64,000 bases of DNA. Origin: Rhodobacterales bacterium (GTDB taxonomy: Bacteria; Pseudomonadota; Alphaproteobacteria; Rhodobacterales; Rhodobacteraceae). Below the pieces are notes generated by a model, which saw only the letters and a list, made by a program, of their open reading frames with translations, was not told the origin of the DNA and did not search any database. The stretch spans positions 10,665 to 74,664 of the forward strand of contig JBBSJO010000001.1 of assembly GCA_038257185.1 (NCBI GenBank), in the 5' to 3' direction. Below, one piece after another: positions 1 to 9,561 of the stretch. The position numbers were made by a program, and so were the translations under genes. Every line of letters begins with the position of its first letter. Position 1 is the stretch's first letter.

Positions 1-92
1 AAGGCCACGAGGTCGTAGCGGAACCGGCCCCAGAGCAGCAGGCCGAAGACGGCGGCGAAGAGGGTGAAGAGGATGATCTGATCTGTTGTCAT
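1..92 (-). CDS. SLC13/TrkA-C family permease, 5' end only (runs off the window)
   Basis: Reverse translation from ATG at 92: MTTDQIILFTLFAAVFGLLLWGRFRYDLVA, a typical N-terminus of alphaproteobacterial SLC13 permeases. Not in the ORF track. Confidence 0.75.
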   Translation of the reverse strand, partial: MTTDQIILFTLFAAVFGLLLWGRFRYDLVA

Positions 93-175
93 GGATCAGG
101 TCTAGCTTTTCGGCGAAGGGGGGAAAAGCAGACTTTGTACGCGTATCGCAAAACGCGCCGCAGGCCGCCCAGTGC

Positions 176-203
176 CTTGTGAGGCGCAAGGGGCTGGCCT
201 ATA
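176..203 (+). promoter_or_regulatory. Possible RpoH-type promoter of yebC
   Basis: CTTG-N18-CCTATA about 36 nt upstream of the ATG; resembles the alphaproteobacterial RpoH consensus. Confidence 0.3.
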
Positions 204-239
204 GAGGCCCAAACACTTGCATACTACACGAGGATCACC

Positions 240-980
240 ATGGCCGGCCATTCCAAATGGGCAAACATCCAGCACCGCAAGAACCGTCAGGATTCCGTGC
301 GGGCCAAGATGTTTTCCAAGATGTCCAAGGAAATCACCGTCGCCGCGAAGATGGGCGATCCCGATCCCGACAAGAACCCACGCCTGCGGCTGGCGGTGAA
401 GGAAGCGAAGTCAAGTTCGGTGCCCAAGGACGTCATCGACCGCGCGATCAAGAAATCGGTTCAGGGGGATGCTGAGGATTACGAGGAGATCCGCTATGAG
501 GGCTACGGCCCCAACGGCGTCGCGGTGATCGTCGAGGCGATGACCGACAACCGTAACCGCACCGCTTCCAACGTGCGTTCCACCTTCACCAAGAACGGCG
601 GCAACCTTGGGGAGACGGGTTCTGTCGGGTTCATGTTCGAGCGCAAGGGCGAGATCGAGTATCCCGCATCAGTCGGTGACGCGGACACGGTGATGATGGC
701 CGCGATCGAGGCTGGGGCGGAGGACGTGGAGAGCGCCGAAGACGGCCATGTGATCTGGTGCGCGGACACCGATCTCAACGGGGTTGCGACGGCGCTGGAG
801 ACGGCGCTGGGTGAATCCGACTCCACCAAGCTGGTCTGGAAACCCACCACCACGACCGAAATGGACCTCGAGAACATGCAAAAACTGATGAAGCTGGTCG
901 AGGCGCTGGAGGACGACGACGACGTCCAGCGCGTCACGACCAACTTCGAGGCTTCCGATGCGGTGATGGAACAGCTTTAA
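240..980 (+). CDS. yebC: YebC/PmpR family protein
   Basis: [14 protein letters not shown] start, [14 protein letters not shown] and LEDDDDVQ motifs. Confidence 0.97.
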   Translation: MAGHSKWANIQHRKNRQDSVRAKMFSKMSKEITVAAKMGDPDPDKNPRLRLAVKEAKSSSVPKDVIDRAIKKSVQGDAEDYEEIRYEGYGPNGVAVIVEAMTDNRNRTASNVRSTFTKNGGNLGETGSVGFMFERKGEIEYPASVGDADTVMMAAIEAGAEDVESAEDGHVIWCADTDLNGVATALETALGESDSTKLVWKPTTTTEMDLENMQKLMKLVEALEDDDDVQRVTTNFEASDAVMEQL

Positions 981-1179
981 GCGGCTCTCACCATTCCCCT
1001 CTCCCAAGCGGAGGGGGGCTTGCGGCGCTTCCGAAAAATGCAGGACCGTGGTCTGTGCCCCTTGTTCAATCCGGCGGGCGATCGAGAACGGGCCGCCTCC
1101 GGCGACGCGATTGCCATGGGCTTTGGCCCGATCTAGCGTGGCCCATGCGACGGAATCAGCTTACGCCGTGACCACAATG

Positions 1180-1202
1180 AAAAACCGCCCCCGAAGGGGC
1201 GG
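1180..1202 (-). terminator. Rho-independent terminator of the 80-aa gene
   Basis: On the minus strand: CCGCCCC-TTCG-GGGGCGG followed by TTTTT. Confidence 0.85.
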
Positions 1203-1231
1203 CTGAACGTCTCGTTAAATGTAAAAAACGC

Positions 1232-1474
1232 CTATCCCGGCAGGCCGGAGCGGCTGAACCAGCCGATGCGTGTGCGGCACTCGCGCTTGGCATCTGTCGG
1301 TTTCTGCGCTTCCAGGTGCGCCAGCACGCGCTTGACTTCGTTCAGACGGCGGCGGGCGTTGCTGCCTCCGGCACTGGCCTGGACATGAAGGATCTTGGAT
1401 TGGGTATGCAATGCGGATTCGATTGCGTTGAAATCTTCGGGGCTGATTTCCAGCTTCTGTTGTTTGTCGAACAT
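1232..1474 (-). CDS. Small hypothetical helical protein (80 aa)
   Basis: RBS-like AAGGAAAGAG before the ATG, its own terminator downstream, plausible amphipathic helices. Confidence 0.7.
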   Translation of the reverse strand: MFDKQQKLEISPEDFNAIESALHTQSKILHVQASAGGSNARRRLNEVKRVLAHLEAQKPTDAKRECRTRIGWFSRSGLPG

Positions 1475-1554
1475 GACTCTTTCCTTTTACTCTGAGGCGC
1501 ACATAAGGTCTCGGATTGTATTTCGCCAGAGGGCTCGGATCGGATCACTCCTTT

Positions 1555-1572
1555 GTGTCAGTTTTGTAACGG
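1555..1572 (-). promoter_or_regulatory. Pho-box-like 11-bp-period direct repeat
   Basis: Minus strand CCGTTAC-AAAA-CTGACAC; same architecture as the box upstream of ppk1. Confidence 0.5.
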
Positions 1573-1699
1573 GTTGACCGACGAAAGACTGTAAAGACAT
1601 GATTCCTCCCACCGGTGCCAGGGGCCGTGGATTCCGGATTGTGACCCTGCGCCCGCGCCGATAGGCACACGGTACAGACACCAAGGATACCGCCGCCCC

Positions 1700-2299
1700 G
1701 TGCTTACCGCCTTCCTGCCCGGCTTCGCGCTCAGTCTCACACTTATCCTCGCCATCGGGGCGCAGAATGCCTTCGTGCTGCGGCAGGGGTTGCGCCGCGA
1801 GCATGTGTTCTGGGTCTGCCTGACCTGTGCGCTGTCGGATGCCATCCTGATCGCGGCCGGAGTCGCAGGCTTCGGCGCACTGGCAGAGGCGATGCCCCGC
1901 TTCGAGACGGTGATGCGCTTTGGCGGCGCGGCCTTCCTGATCTGGTATGGCTTGCTGAACGCCCGCAGTGCCTGGCGCGGCGGCACGCAACTGAGGACGG
2001 AAGGACAGCCGGCCCAAAGCCTGCACCGCGCGATCCTGACCCTGCTGGCGCTGACCTGGCTCAACCCGCATGTCTACCTCGATACCGTGGTGCTGATCGG
2101 ATCGGTGTCGGCGCAATATCCGGACCGGATGGCCTTCGGGGCAGGGGCCGTCCTCGCCAGTTTCGTCTTCTTCTTTGCCCTCGGCTACGGCGCGCGCCTG
2201 CTGACACCGATCTTTGCCAACCCGCGCAGCTGGCAGGTGCTGGACGCCCTGATCGCCCTGATCATGTGGGGGATCGCCGCGAAATTGTTGTGGATGTGA
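1700..2299 (+). CDS. LysE/ArgO family amino acid exporter
   Basis: LAIGAQNAFVLRQGL and TWLNPHVYLDT motifs. Confidence 0.93.
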   Translation: MLTAFLPGFALSLTLILAIGAQNAFVLRQGLRREHVFWVCLTCALSDAILIAAGVAGFGALAEAMPRFETVMRFGGAAFLIWYGLLNARSAWRGGTQLRTEGQPAQSLHRAILTLLALTWLNPHVYLDTVVLIGSVSAQYPDRMAFGAGAVLASFVFFFALGYGARLLTPIFANPRSWQVLDALIALIMWGIAAKLLWM

Positions 2300-2336
2300 C
2301 CTTGTCCTTGCCGCCCGATTGCGAAACAAACCCGAT

Positions 2337-3239
2337 ATGACAACAACACTGCCACATCGCCCTGTCGCGGGCATCTTCTGGATGGTCGTGACGGGACTGT
2401 GCTTTGTCATGGTGACGGCCCTGGTAAAATACATGGGGCCGCGCCTGCCGTCTGCCGAAGCGGCTTTCCTGCGCTACTCCATGGGCCTCATCGTCCTGCT
2501 GCCCGCGATGGGCGCGCTGCGCAGCGCGCAGCTGAGCAAACGGCAATGGTCGTTGTTCGCCCTGCGCGGCTTCTTCCACGCCCTTGGCGTGATCCTGTGG
2601 TTCTACGCGATGACCCGCATCTCCATCGCAGAGGTGACGGCGATGAACTACTTGGCACCGATCTACGTGACTGTAGGGGCGGCGATCTTTCTGGGAGAGA
2701 CGCTGGCGCTGCGGCGCATCATCGCGGTAATTCTCGGGCTGGTCGGGGCCGCGATCATCCTGCGGCCGGGATTTCGCGAACTGAGCACGGGTCATTTCGC
2801 GATGCTCTGTGCGGCAGTGGTCTTCGCGGGCTCCTACCTGTTGGCCAAGGTGCTTGCGGACGAGGTAAAGCCGCTGGTCGTCGTCGTCATGCTGTCGATC
2901 TTCGTGACCATCGGTCTCGCCCCCTTTGCTCTGCCCGTCTGGATCGCCCCCACCTGGCAGGAGGTGGGCATCCTTCTCGGCGTCGCCTTCTTTGCCACGG
3001 GGGGCCATTTCACCATGACACTGGCATTTGCCGCCGCCCCGTTAACGGTCACCCAGCCCGTCACGTTCTTGCAACTGATCTGGGCGACGCTGCTCGGCGC
3101 CGTCATCTTCCACGAGGGTGTGGATGTGTGGGTCGTAATCGGAGGCTTCGTCATCCTCAGCTCCGTGACCTTCATCACCTGGCGCGAGGCGATGCTGAAG
3201 CGTCAGATCACGCCGCTGAGCCATGCCACGAAAGTATAG
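2337..3239 (+). CDS. DMT/EamA family transporter
   Basis: Ten hydrophobic segments in two EamA-like halves. ATG at 2337 chosen over TTG at 2319. Confidence 0.88.
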   Translation: MTTTLPHRPVAGIFWMVVTGLCFVMVTALVKYMGPRLPSAEAAFLRYSMGLIVLLPAMGALRSAQLSKRQWSLFALRGFFHALGVILWFYAMTRISIAEVTAMNYLAPIYVTVGAAIFLGETLALRRIIAVILGLVGAAIILRPGFRELSTGHFAMLCAAVVFAGSYLLAKVLADEVKPLVVVVMLSIFVTIGLAPFALPVWIAPTWQEVGILLGVAFFATGGHFTMTLAFAAAPLTVTQPVTFLQLIWATLLGAVIFHEGVDVWVVIGGFVILSSVTFITWREAMLKRQITPLSHATKV

Positions 3240-3254
3240 AACCGCGCACAGGTT

Positions 3255-3292
3255 TTTATTGATTGACGGGTCAATAAAGGGCGGCCTATCCT
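3255..3292 (+). promoter_or_regulatory. BetI operator overlapping a sigma70 promoter
   Basis: Palindrome TTTATTGA-N8-TCAATAAA (3255-3278) matches the BetI ATTGA-N8-TCAAT box; TTGACG (3263)-N18-TATCCT (3287). Confidence 0.85.
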
Positions 3293-3323
3293 GCGGTGTC
3301 ACCATCGCGAGGCCCGAATCCCC

Positions 3324-3899
3324 ATGCCCAAGGTCGGAATGGAACCCATCCGCCGCTCCGCTCTGGTCAAGGCGACCATCGCCGAGATCGGTGCCGCGCA
3401 TTCGCTCGACGTCACCGTGGGACAGATCGCCCGGCGGGCCGGCATGTCCACGGCGCTGGCACACCACTATTTCGGTGGCAAGGATCAGATTTTCCTCGCC
3501 GCGATGCGCCATATCCTGAAGGCATACGGTGCCGAGGTACGCGCGCGGCTGGCCGGAGCACGGGGACAGCGTGCAAGGGCCGAGGCGATCATCATCGCCA
3601 GTTTCGACGAGACCTGCTTTGACCCCGACACGGTGAACGCCTGGATGACGCTCTATGCCGCCTCGCGCACCAACGCGGATACCAAGCGCCTGCTGCGGCT
3701 CTATCAGGGCCGACTGCGCTCCAACCTCACCCACGCCCTGCGCGGGCTGAGCGCGCATCCGGTGGCGGACGCCGACACTTTGGCGGCCCTTATCGACGGT
3801 CTCTACCTCCGCGCTGCGCTCTCTGACGGCAGCACTGCCAATGCCGCCCGCGCCTCTGCGCTTTCCACACTCGACCTGCTGCTGAAGGACGCCCCATGA
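3324..3899 (+). CDS. betI: Choline-responsive TetR-family repressor
   Basis: MPKVGMEPIRR start, TetR HTH, LIDGLYLR C-terminus; heads the bet operon. Confidence 0.96.
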   Translation: MPKVGMEPIRRSALVKATIAEIGAAHSLDVTVGQIARRAGMSTALAHHYFGGKDQIFLAAMRHILKAYGAEVRARLAGARGQRARAEAIIIASFDETCFDPDTVNAWMTLYAASRTNADTKRLLRLYQGRLRSNLTHALRGLSAHPVADADTLAALIDGLYLRAALSDGSTANAARASALSTLDLLLKDAP

Positions 3900-5404
3900 G
3901 CAAGCCGAACATCCTGATTCTCATGGTCGATCAACTCAACGGCACGCTCTTTCCCGACGGTCCCGCGGACTGGTTGCATGCGCCCAACCTCAAGAAGCTG
4001 GCCGCACGCTCGACCCGCTTTGCCAATGCCTATACCGCCTCGCCCCTCTGCGCGCCGGGACGGGCGGCCTTCATGTCGGGGCAATTGCCTTCCGCCACGG
4101 GCGTCTACGACAATGCGGCGGAGTTCACCTCATCCATCCCCACCTACGCGCACCACCTGCGCCGCGCGGGCTACCAGACCTGCCTTTCGGGCAAGATGCA
4201 CTTCGTCGGCCCCGACCAGTTGCACGGGTTCGAGCAGCGCCTGACCACCGACATCTACCCCGCCGATTTCGGCTGGACGCCGGACTACCGCAAGCCGGGG
4301 GAGCGGATCGACTGGTGGTATCACAACATGGGCTCGGTGACGGGCGCGGGCGTCGCCGAGATCACCAACCAGATGGAATACGATGACGCGGTGGCCTATG
4401 AGGCCAATCGCAAGCTCTACGACCTCGCGCGCGGAGGCGATAAGCGCCCCTGGTGCCTGACAGTGAGCTTCACCCACCCGCACGACCCGTATGTGGCGCG
4501 GCGTAAATACTGGGACCTCTACGAGGATTGCGCGCACCTTCAGCCAGAGGTCGCAGCCTTCGATTACGAAGACCATGACCCGCATTCGCAGCGCATCTTC
4601 GACGCCAACAACTGGCGCGACTTCGACATCACCGCAGAGGATATCGCCCGTTCCCGCCGCGCCTACTTCGCCAACATCAGTTACCTCGACGCCAAGATCG
4701 GCGAGATCCTGCAAACGCTGGAGGATACGCGACAGGAGGCCATCATTGTCTTCGTCTCCGACCACGGCGACATGCTGGGCGAGCGCGGGTTGTGGTTCAA
4801 GATGAGCTTCCTCGAAGGCTCCTCCCGCGTGCCGATGATGATCGCCGCACCCGGTATGGAGCCGGGCCTGCACACAACACCTGTCAGCAATATCGACATA
4901 TGCCCGACGCTCTGCGATCTCGCGGGCGTCAGTATGGCAGAGGTGATGGACTGGACCACAGGCCAGTCGCTGGTGCCGATGGGGCAGGGCCGTGAGCGCC
5001 ACGAACCCGTGGCCATGGAATACGCCGCCGAAGCCTCGCAATCCCCGATGGTCGCGCTGCGACAGGGTCGCTGGAAGTATACCAACTGCGCCATCGACCC
5101 TGAACAGCTTTTCGACCTCCAAGCCGATCCCCACGAGTTGACCAACCTCGCCGAGGACCCAGCCCATGCCGCTACGCTGGAAACCTTCCGCGTGGAGGCC
5201 GCGGGCCGCTGGGATCTGGAGACCTTCGACGCCGAGGTGCGCCGCAGTCAGGCCCGCCGCTGGGTCGTCTACGAGGCTTTGCGGCAGGGCGGGTACTACC
5301 CCTGGGACTACCAGCCGCTGCGCCTCGCGTCCGAGCAATACATGCGCAACCACATGGACCTCAACGTTCTCGAAGAGAGCAAACGCTTCCCCCGGGGTGA
5401 ATGA
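3896..5404 (+). CDS. betC: Choline-sulfatase
   Basis: Sulfatase CAPGR motif, GKMHF, SDHGDMLGERGLW; ATGA overlap with betI. Confidence 0.96.
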   Translation: MSKPNILILMVDQLNGTLFPDGPADWLHAPNLKKLAARSTRFANAYTASPLCAPGRAAFMSGQLPSATGVYDNAAEFTSSIPTYAHHLRRAGYQTCLSGKMHFVGPDQLHGFEQRLTTDIYPADFGWTPDYRKPGERIDWWYHNMGSVTGAGVAEITNQMEYDDAVAYEANRKLYDLARGGDKRPWCLTVSFTHPHDPYVARRKYWDLYEDCAHLQPEVAAFDYEDHDPHSQRIFDANNWRDFDITAEDIARSRRAYFANISYLDAKIGEILQTLEDTRQEAIIVFVSDHGDMLGERGLWFKMSFLEGSSRVPMMIAAPGMEPGLHTTPVSNIDICPTLCDLAGVSMAEVMDWTTGQSLVPMGQGRERHEPVAMEYAAEASQSPMVALRQGRWKYTNCAIDPEQLFDLQADPHELTNLAEDPAHAATLETFRVEAAGRWDLETFDAEVRRSQARRWVVYEALRQGGYYPWDYQPLRLASEQYMRNHMDLNVLEESKRFPRGE

Positions 5405-5408
5405 CCCC

Positions 5409-5439
5409 CTCCTTCACCCTTTCTCAAATACCGCTGCAC
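5409..5439 (+). repeat. Dispersed intergenic repeat, copy A
   Basis: CTCCTTCACCCTTTCTCAAATACCGCTGCAC, 5 nt after the betC stop; near-identical to copies at 13981, 27717, 57322 and 57485. Confidence 0.9.
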
Positions 5440-5461
5440 CCCGCGGGAGACACCTCACGAC

Positions 5462-6919
5462 ATGCGTTATGATACTCAACCCGAAGCCAGTCATTTCATC
5501 GACGGTGAATACGTCGAGGACGCCGCAGGCATTCCCATCGACGTGATCTACCCCGCCAGCGGCAAGACGATCGCGACCCTCCACGCCGCGACACCCGCCA
5601 TCGTCGAGCGTGCCATCGCTAGCGCGAAGCGGGCCCAGCCTGCCTGGGCCGCGATGACCGGCACGGAGCGCGGCCGCATCCTGCGCCGCGCTGCGGACAT
5701 CATGCGCGAACGCAACCATGACCTGAGCGTGCTGGAGACGATGGACACCGGCAAACCCTATCAGGAAACCTCCGTCGCGGATGCCACCAGCGGTGCGGAC
5801 GCGTTGGAATACTTCGGCGGCATGGCGGCGACCTTGACGGGCGAGCATATCCAACTGGGCGAAAACTGGGTCTATACCCGCCGCGAGGCACTGGGCGTCT
5901 GCGTCGGCATCGGGGCCTGGAACTATCCCACCCAGATCGCCTGCTGGAAGGGCGCGCCGGCACTCGCCTGTGGCAACACGATGATCTTCAAGCCCTCCGA
6001 AACAACACCGCTCTGCGCCCTCAAGGTTGCCGAGATCCTGTACGAGGCGGGCCTGCCCGCCGGAATATACAACGTGGTGCAGGGCATGGGCGAAGTCGGC
6101 AACAGGCTGGTGACCGACCCCCGTGTAGACAAGGTGTCGCTGACCGGCTCGGTGCCGACGGGCCGCAAGGTCTATGCCGCCGCTGCGGCGGGGATCAAGC
6201 ACGTGACGATGGAACTGGGTGGCAAGTCACCTTTGATCGTTTTCGACGACGCCGACATCGAGAATGCCGTGAGCGGCGCGATCCTGGGTAACTTCTACAG
6301 TTCGGGTCAGGTCTGTTCCAATGGCACGCGGGTCTTCGTGCATACCGCGATCAAGGAGGCATTCCTGAAGCGGCTGACCGAGCGGCTTGCCAACGCGGTG
6401 ATCGGCGATCCGATGGACCCGGCCACCAGCTTCGGACCGATGGTGTCCGAGCGGCAGATGGCCCTCGTTCTGGGCTATATCGAAAAGGGCCAGGCCCAGG
6501 GCGCGCGGCTGGTAACGGGCGGCAAGCGGCTCGACCGCGAGGGGTTCTATCTGCAGCCCACCGTTTTTGCCGATGTCACCGACGATATGGCGATTGCCCG
6601 GGAAGAGATTTTCGGCCCGGTCATGGCGGTTCTCGATTTCGACGACGAGGACGACGTAATCGCGCGCGCCAACGATACGGAGTTCGGACTGGCGGCAGGT
6701 GTCTTCACCCGCGATCTCGCGCGCGCCCACCGGGTCGCGGCACGGTTCGAGGCGGGGACCTGCTTTATCAACACCTACAACGACGCGCCGGTGGAGGCAC
6801 CCTTCGGCGGATCGAAGATGTCGGGCGTGGGGCGCGAGAATTCGAAGGCGGCAATCGCTCACTACAGCCAGCTGAAATCGGTCTTCGTGCGCATGGGCGA
6901 CGTGGAGGCGCCCTTCTGA
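5462..6919 (+). CDS. betB: Betaine-aldehyde dehydrogenase
   Basis: ALDH motifs [21 protein letters not shown]; bet operon context. Confidence 0.97.
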   Translation: MRYDTQPEASHFIDGEYVEDAAGIPIDVIYPASGKTIATLHAATPAIVERAIASAKRAQPAWAAMTGTERGRILRRAADIMRERNHDLSVLETMDTGKPYQETSVADATSGADALEYFGGMAATLTGEHIQLGENWVYTRREALGVCVGIGAWNYPTQIACWKGAPALACGNTMIFKPSETTPLCALKVAEILYEAGLPAGIYNVVQGMGEVGNRLVTDPRVDKVSLTGSVPTGRKVYAAAAAGIKHVTMELGGKSPLIVFDDADIENAVSGAILGNFYSSGQVCSNGTRVFVHTAIKEAFLKRLTERLANAVIGDPMDPATSFGPMVSERQMALVLGYIEKGQAQGARLVTGGKRLDREGFYLQPTVFADVTDDMAIAREEIFGPVMAVLDFDDEDDVIARANDTEFGLAAGVFTRDLARAHRVAARFEAGTCFINTYNDAPVEAPFGGSKMSGVGRENSKAAIAHYSQLKSVFVRMGDVEAPF

Positions 6920-7033
6920 GCGCAGCGTTATCCGGCGGCGCGCTGGCGCGCACGACATATTTGGCGCGCGCTGGTTTGTGAGCCATCTGCATACGACCGA
7001 TCGCTGGATGTGAGCGCGTAGAAAATCTGCTGA

Positions 7034-7072
7034 GAGGTGCTTGAGCCCACATCCTGTGGCTCAAGACACCTC
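7034..7072. other. Long hairpin in the betB-betA spacer
   Basis: GAGGTG-CTTGAG-c-CCACA-tcc-TGTGG-CTCAAG-a-CACCTC, about 17 paired bases. Confidence 0.7.
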
Positions 7073-7180
7073 GACAATTTTGGGATGCGATTCTCCGCCG
7101 CATCAAGGACGAGCCGTGCTGCGCACGGTGCTTCGCATCCTTGACCCGGCGCAGAATCACGAAGGAAGAAGAGACGGATA

Positions 7181-8839
7181 ATGCAGGCGGAATTCGTGAT
7201 CGTGGGGGCAGGCAGCGCGGGTTGTGCCGTGGCCTACAGGCTGGCGCAGGCGGGGCGGAAGGTCATCGTCATCGAACATGGCGGCTCGGACATGGGGCCT
7301 TTCATTCAGATGCCCGCCGCGTTGTCCTATCCGATGAACATGAAGCGATATGACTGGGGCTATCGCACCGAACCTGAGCCGCATCTGGGAGGGCGGCGTC
7401 TGGCCTGTCCGCGGGGCAAGGTGATCGGAGGGTCGTCGTCGATCAACGGGATGGTTTACGTGCGCGGGCATCCGATGGATTACGACCATTGGGAGGAAGC
7501 GGGCGCGCAGGGCTGGTCGTTTGCCGATGTGCTGCCCTACTTCAAGCGCATGGAGACCTGGCACGACGGCGGCCATGGCGGCGATCCTTCCTGGCGTGGG
7601 ACCGACGGGCCGCTGCACGTCAGCAGAGGCCCACGCGCCAATCCGCTTTTCGATGCTTTTGTGCAGGCGGGCCGACAGGCAGGCTACGAGGTCACCGATG
7701 ACTACAACGGGCAGCAGCAGGAGGGTTTCGGCCCGATGGAGCAAACCGTCTGGGGCGGGCGGCGCTGGTCGGCGGCCAATGCCTACCTGCGGCCTGCCCA
7801 GAAGACCGGAAACGTTCAGATCGTCCGCGCGCTTGCACGCCGCGTCGTGATCGAGGACGGGCGGGCGACCGGCGTGGAAGTATCGCGCGGGGGACGGATC
7901 GAGGTTATCGGGGCGGAGCGGGAGGTCGTCCTGGCAGCCTCCTCGCTCAATTCACCGAAGCTGCTGATGCTGTCGGGGATCGGGCCCGCGGCGCATTTGG
8001 CGCAGCATGGGCTGGAGGTGCATGCCGACCGCCCGGGCGTGGGGGCCAACCTGCAGGATCATCTGGAGCTCTATATCCAGATGGCTGCATCGCAGCCGAT
8101 CACGCTCTACCGTCATTGGAACCTGGTAAGCAAGGCCATGATCGGCGCGCAATGGCTGCTCACGAAGCGCGGGATGGGCGCCTCCAACCAGTTCGAATCC
8201 GCCGCCTTCATCCGCTCGCAACCCGGGGTGCCCTATCCCGATATCCAGTACCATTTCCTGCCGATCGCCGTGCGCTATGACGGGCAGGCAGCGGCGGAAG
8301 GGCACGGGTTCCAGGCCCATACGGGGCCGATGCGCTCAGCCTCGCGTGGGGCGGTCTCGCTGCGTTCTGCCGATCCGATGGACGACCCGATGATCCGGTT
8401 CAATTACATGTCCGAGGAAAGCGACTGGGTCGATTTCCGCACCTGCATCCGGCTCACGCGTGAGATATTCGCGCAGGACGCGTTCAAACCCTTCGTCAAA
8501 CACGAGATCCAACCGGGCGAGGCCGTCCGGTCCGACGCCGATCTCGACGCCTTCATCGGTGAGCATGCAGAGAGCGCCTATCACCCCTGCGGTACCTGCC
8601 GGATGGGCCGCGCCGATGATGCGCAGGCGGTGGTGGATCCGCAGGCGCGGGTGATCGGTGTCGAGGGGTTGCGCGTGGCCGACAGCTCCATCTTTCCGCG
8701 CATCACCAACGGCAACCTCAACGCCCCTTCGATCATGGTGGGAGAAAAGGTGTCAGATCACATCCTTGGCCTCGCCCCCTTGCCACGCGCCAACGACGAG
8801 CCCTGGGTGCATCCCAACTGGCAGATTGCGCAACGGTAG
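7181..8839 (+). CDS. betA: Choline dehydrogenase (GMC oxidoreductase)
   Basis: GAGSAG FAD-binding motif, [22 protein letters not shown]. Confidence 0.97.
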   Translation: MQAEFVIVGAGSAGCAVAYRLAQAGRKVIVIEHGGSDMGPFIQMPAALSYPMNMKRYDWGYRTEPEPHLGGRRLACPRGKVIGGSSSINGMVYVRGHPMDYDHWEEAGAQGWSFADVLPYFKRMETWHDGGHGGDPSWRGTDGPLHVSRGPRANPLFDAFVQAGRQAGYEVTDDYNGQQQEGFGPMEQTVWGGRRWSAANAYLRPAQKTGNVQIVRALARRVVIEDGRATGVEVSRGGRIEVIGAEREVVLAASSLNSPKLLMLSGIGPAAHLAQHGLEVHADRPGVGANLQDHLELYIQMAASQPITLYRHWNLVSKAMIGAQWLLTKRGMGASNQFESAAFIRSQPGVPYPDIQYHFLPIAVRYDGQAAAEGHGFQAHTGPMRSASRGAVSLRSADPMDDPMIRFNYMSEESDWVDFRTCIRLTREIFAQDAFKPFVKHEIQPGEAVRSDADLDAFIGEHAESAYHPCGTCRMGRADDAQAVVDPQARVIGVEGLRVADSSIFPRITNGNLNAPSIMVGEKVSDHILGLAPLPRANDEPWVHPNWQIAQR

Positions 8840-8896
8840 AAGGCGGTTAACCTCTCTTAACGAAACGCGTTGATGCGGCGGGAGTCTGCCGCCATA

Positions 8897-8911
8897 TTAA
8901 CGAAGTGTTAA
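8897..8911. promoter_or_regulatory. CtrA-type box
   Basis: TTAA-cgaagtg-TTAA (N7), overlapping the GTG of the nuclease gene; a TTAA-N6-TTAA also sits at 8847-8860. Confidence 0.55.
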
Positions 8912-9561
8912 GAATTTGTTCCTTGATCGTTCTTCTGCTGATGCCGGGCATAGCCTGTGCCGATGGTATCTTCGCGGGGAAGATCCGTGTGATTGACGGC
9001 GATACCTTCGATGTGGGGGCGCAACGGGTGCGTCTCTTCGGGATCGATGCGCCGGAGGCAGGACAGCCCTGCAAGACCGACAATGGCACCGATCACGATT
9101 GCGGCGATTGGGTCACGGCGCAGGTGCGCGACATCTTTCAGGGGAAAGCAGCGCGCTGCGAACCGCTTGACCGCGATCGCTACGGGCGCACCGTCGCGCG
9201 CTGTTACGTGGCGGATCAGGACGTGGGCCGCCGGCTGGTGAGTGACGGGCTGGCCTATGCCTACCGCCGTTACGCAATGGATTACGATCTGGAGGAAAAG
9301 GCGGCCCTTGTCGCCCTACGCGGCATCCATGGCTTTGTCCTTCAATCCCCCGCTCAACATCGCCTGACGCGGATACCGGGGCGCACCCCGGCCTCGGCGG
9401 CCTGTCCGATCAAGGGCAATATCTCCAAATCTGGCCGCATCTACCACATGCCGGGACAACGCGACTACGATCGGACCGGCATCGACGAAGCGCGCGGCGA
9501 ACGCTGGTTCTGTACGGAGGCCGAGGCTCGGGCGGCGGGCTGGCGGCCCTCGCGGAGCTGA
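8905..9561 (+). CDS. Secreted thermonuclease (SNase) family protein with C-terminal Cys-containing domain
   Basis: Signal peptide; VIDGDT, RVRLFGIDAPE, DRYGR; C-terminal CPIKGNIS...YHMPG...WFCTEAEARAAGWR. Confidence 0.9.
   Translation: MLRICSLIVLLLMPGIACADGIFAGKIRVIDGDTFDVGAQRVRLFGIDAPEAGQPCKTDNGTDHDCGDWVTAQVRDIFQGKAARCEPLDRDRYGRTVARCYVADQDVGRRLVSDGLAYAYRRYAMDYDLEEKAALVALRGIHGFVLQSPAQHRLTRIPGRTPASAACPIKGNISKSGRIYHMPGQRDYDRTGIDEARGERWFCTEAEARAAGWRPSRS

Noticed and set aside
981-1170. Several short stems after yebC
   Set aside because: Short GC-rich stems are expected by chance here; no recognisable RNA family or coding remnant.
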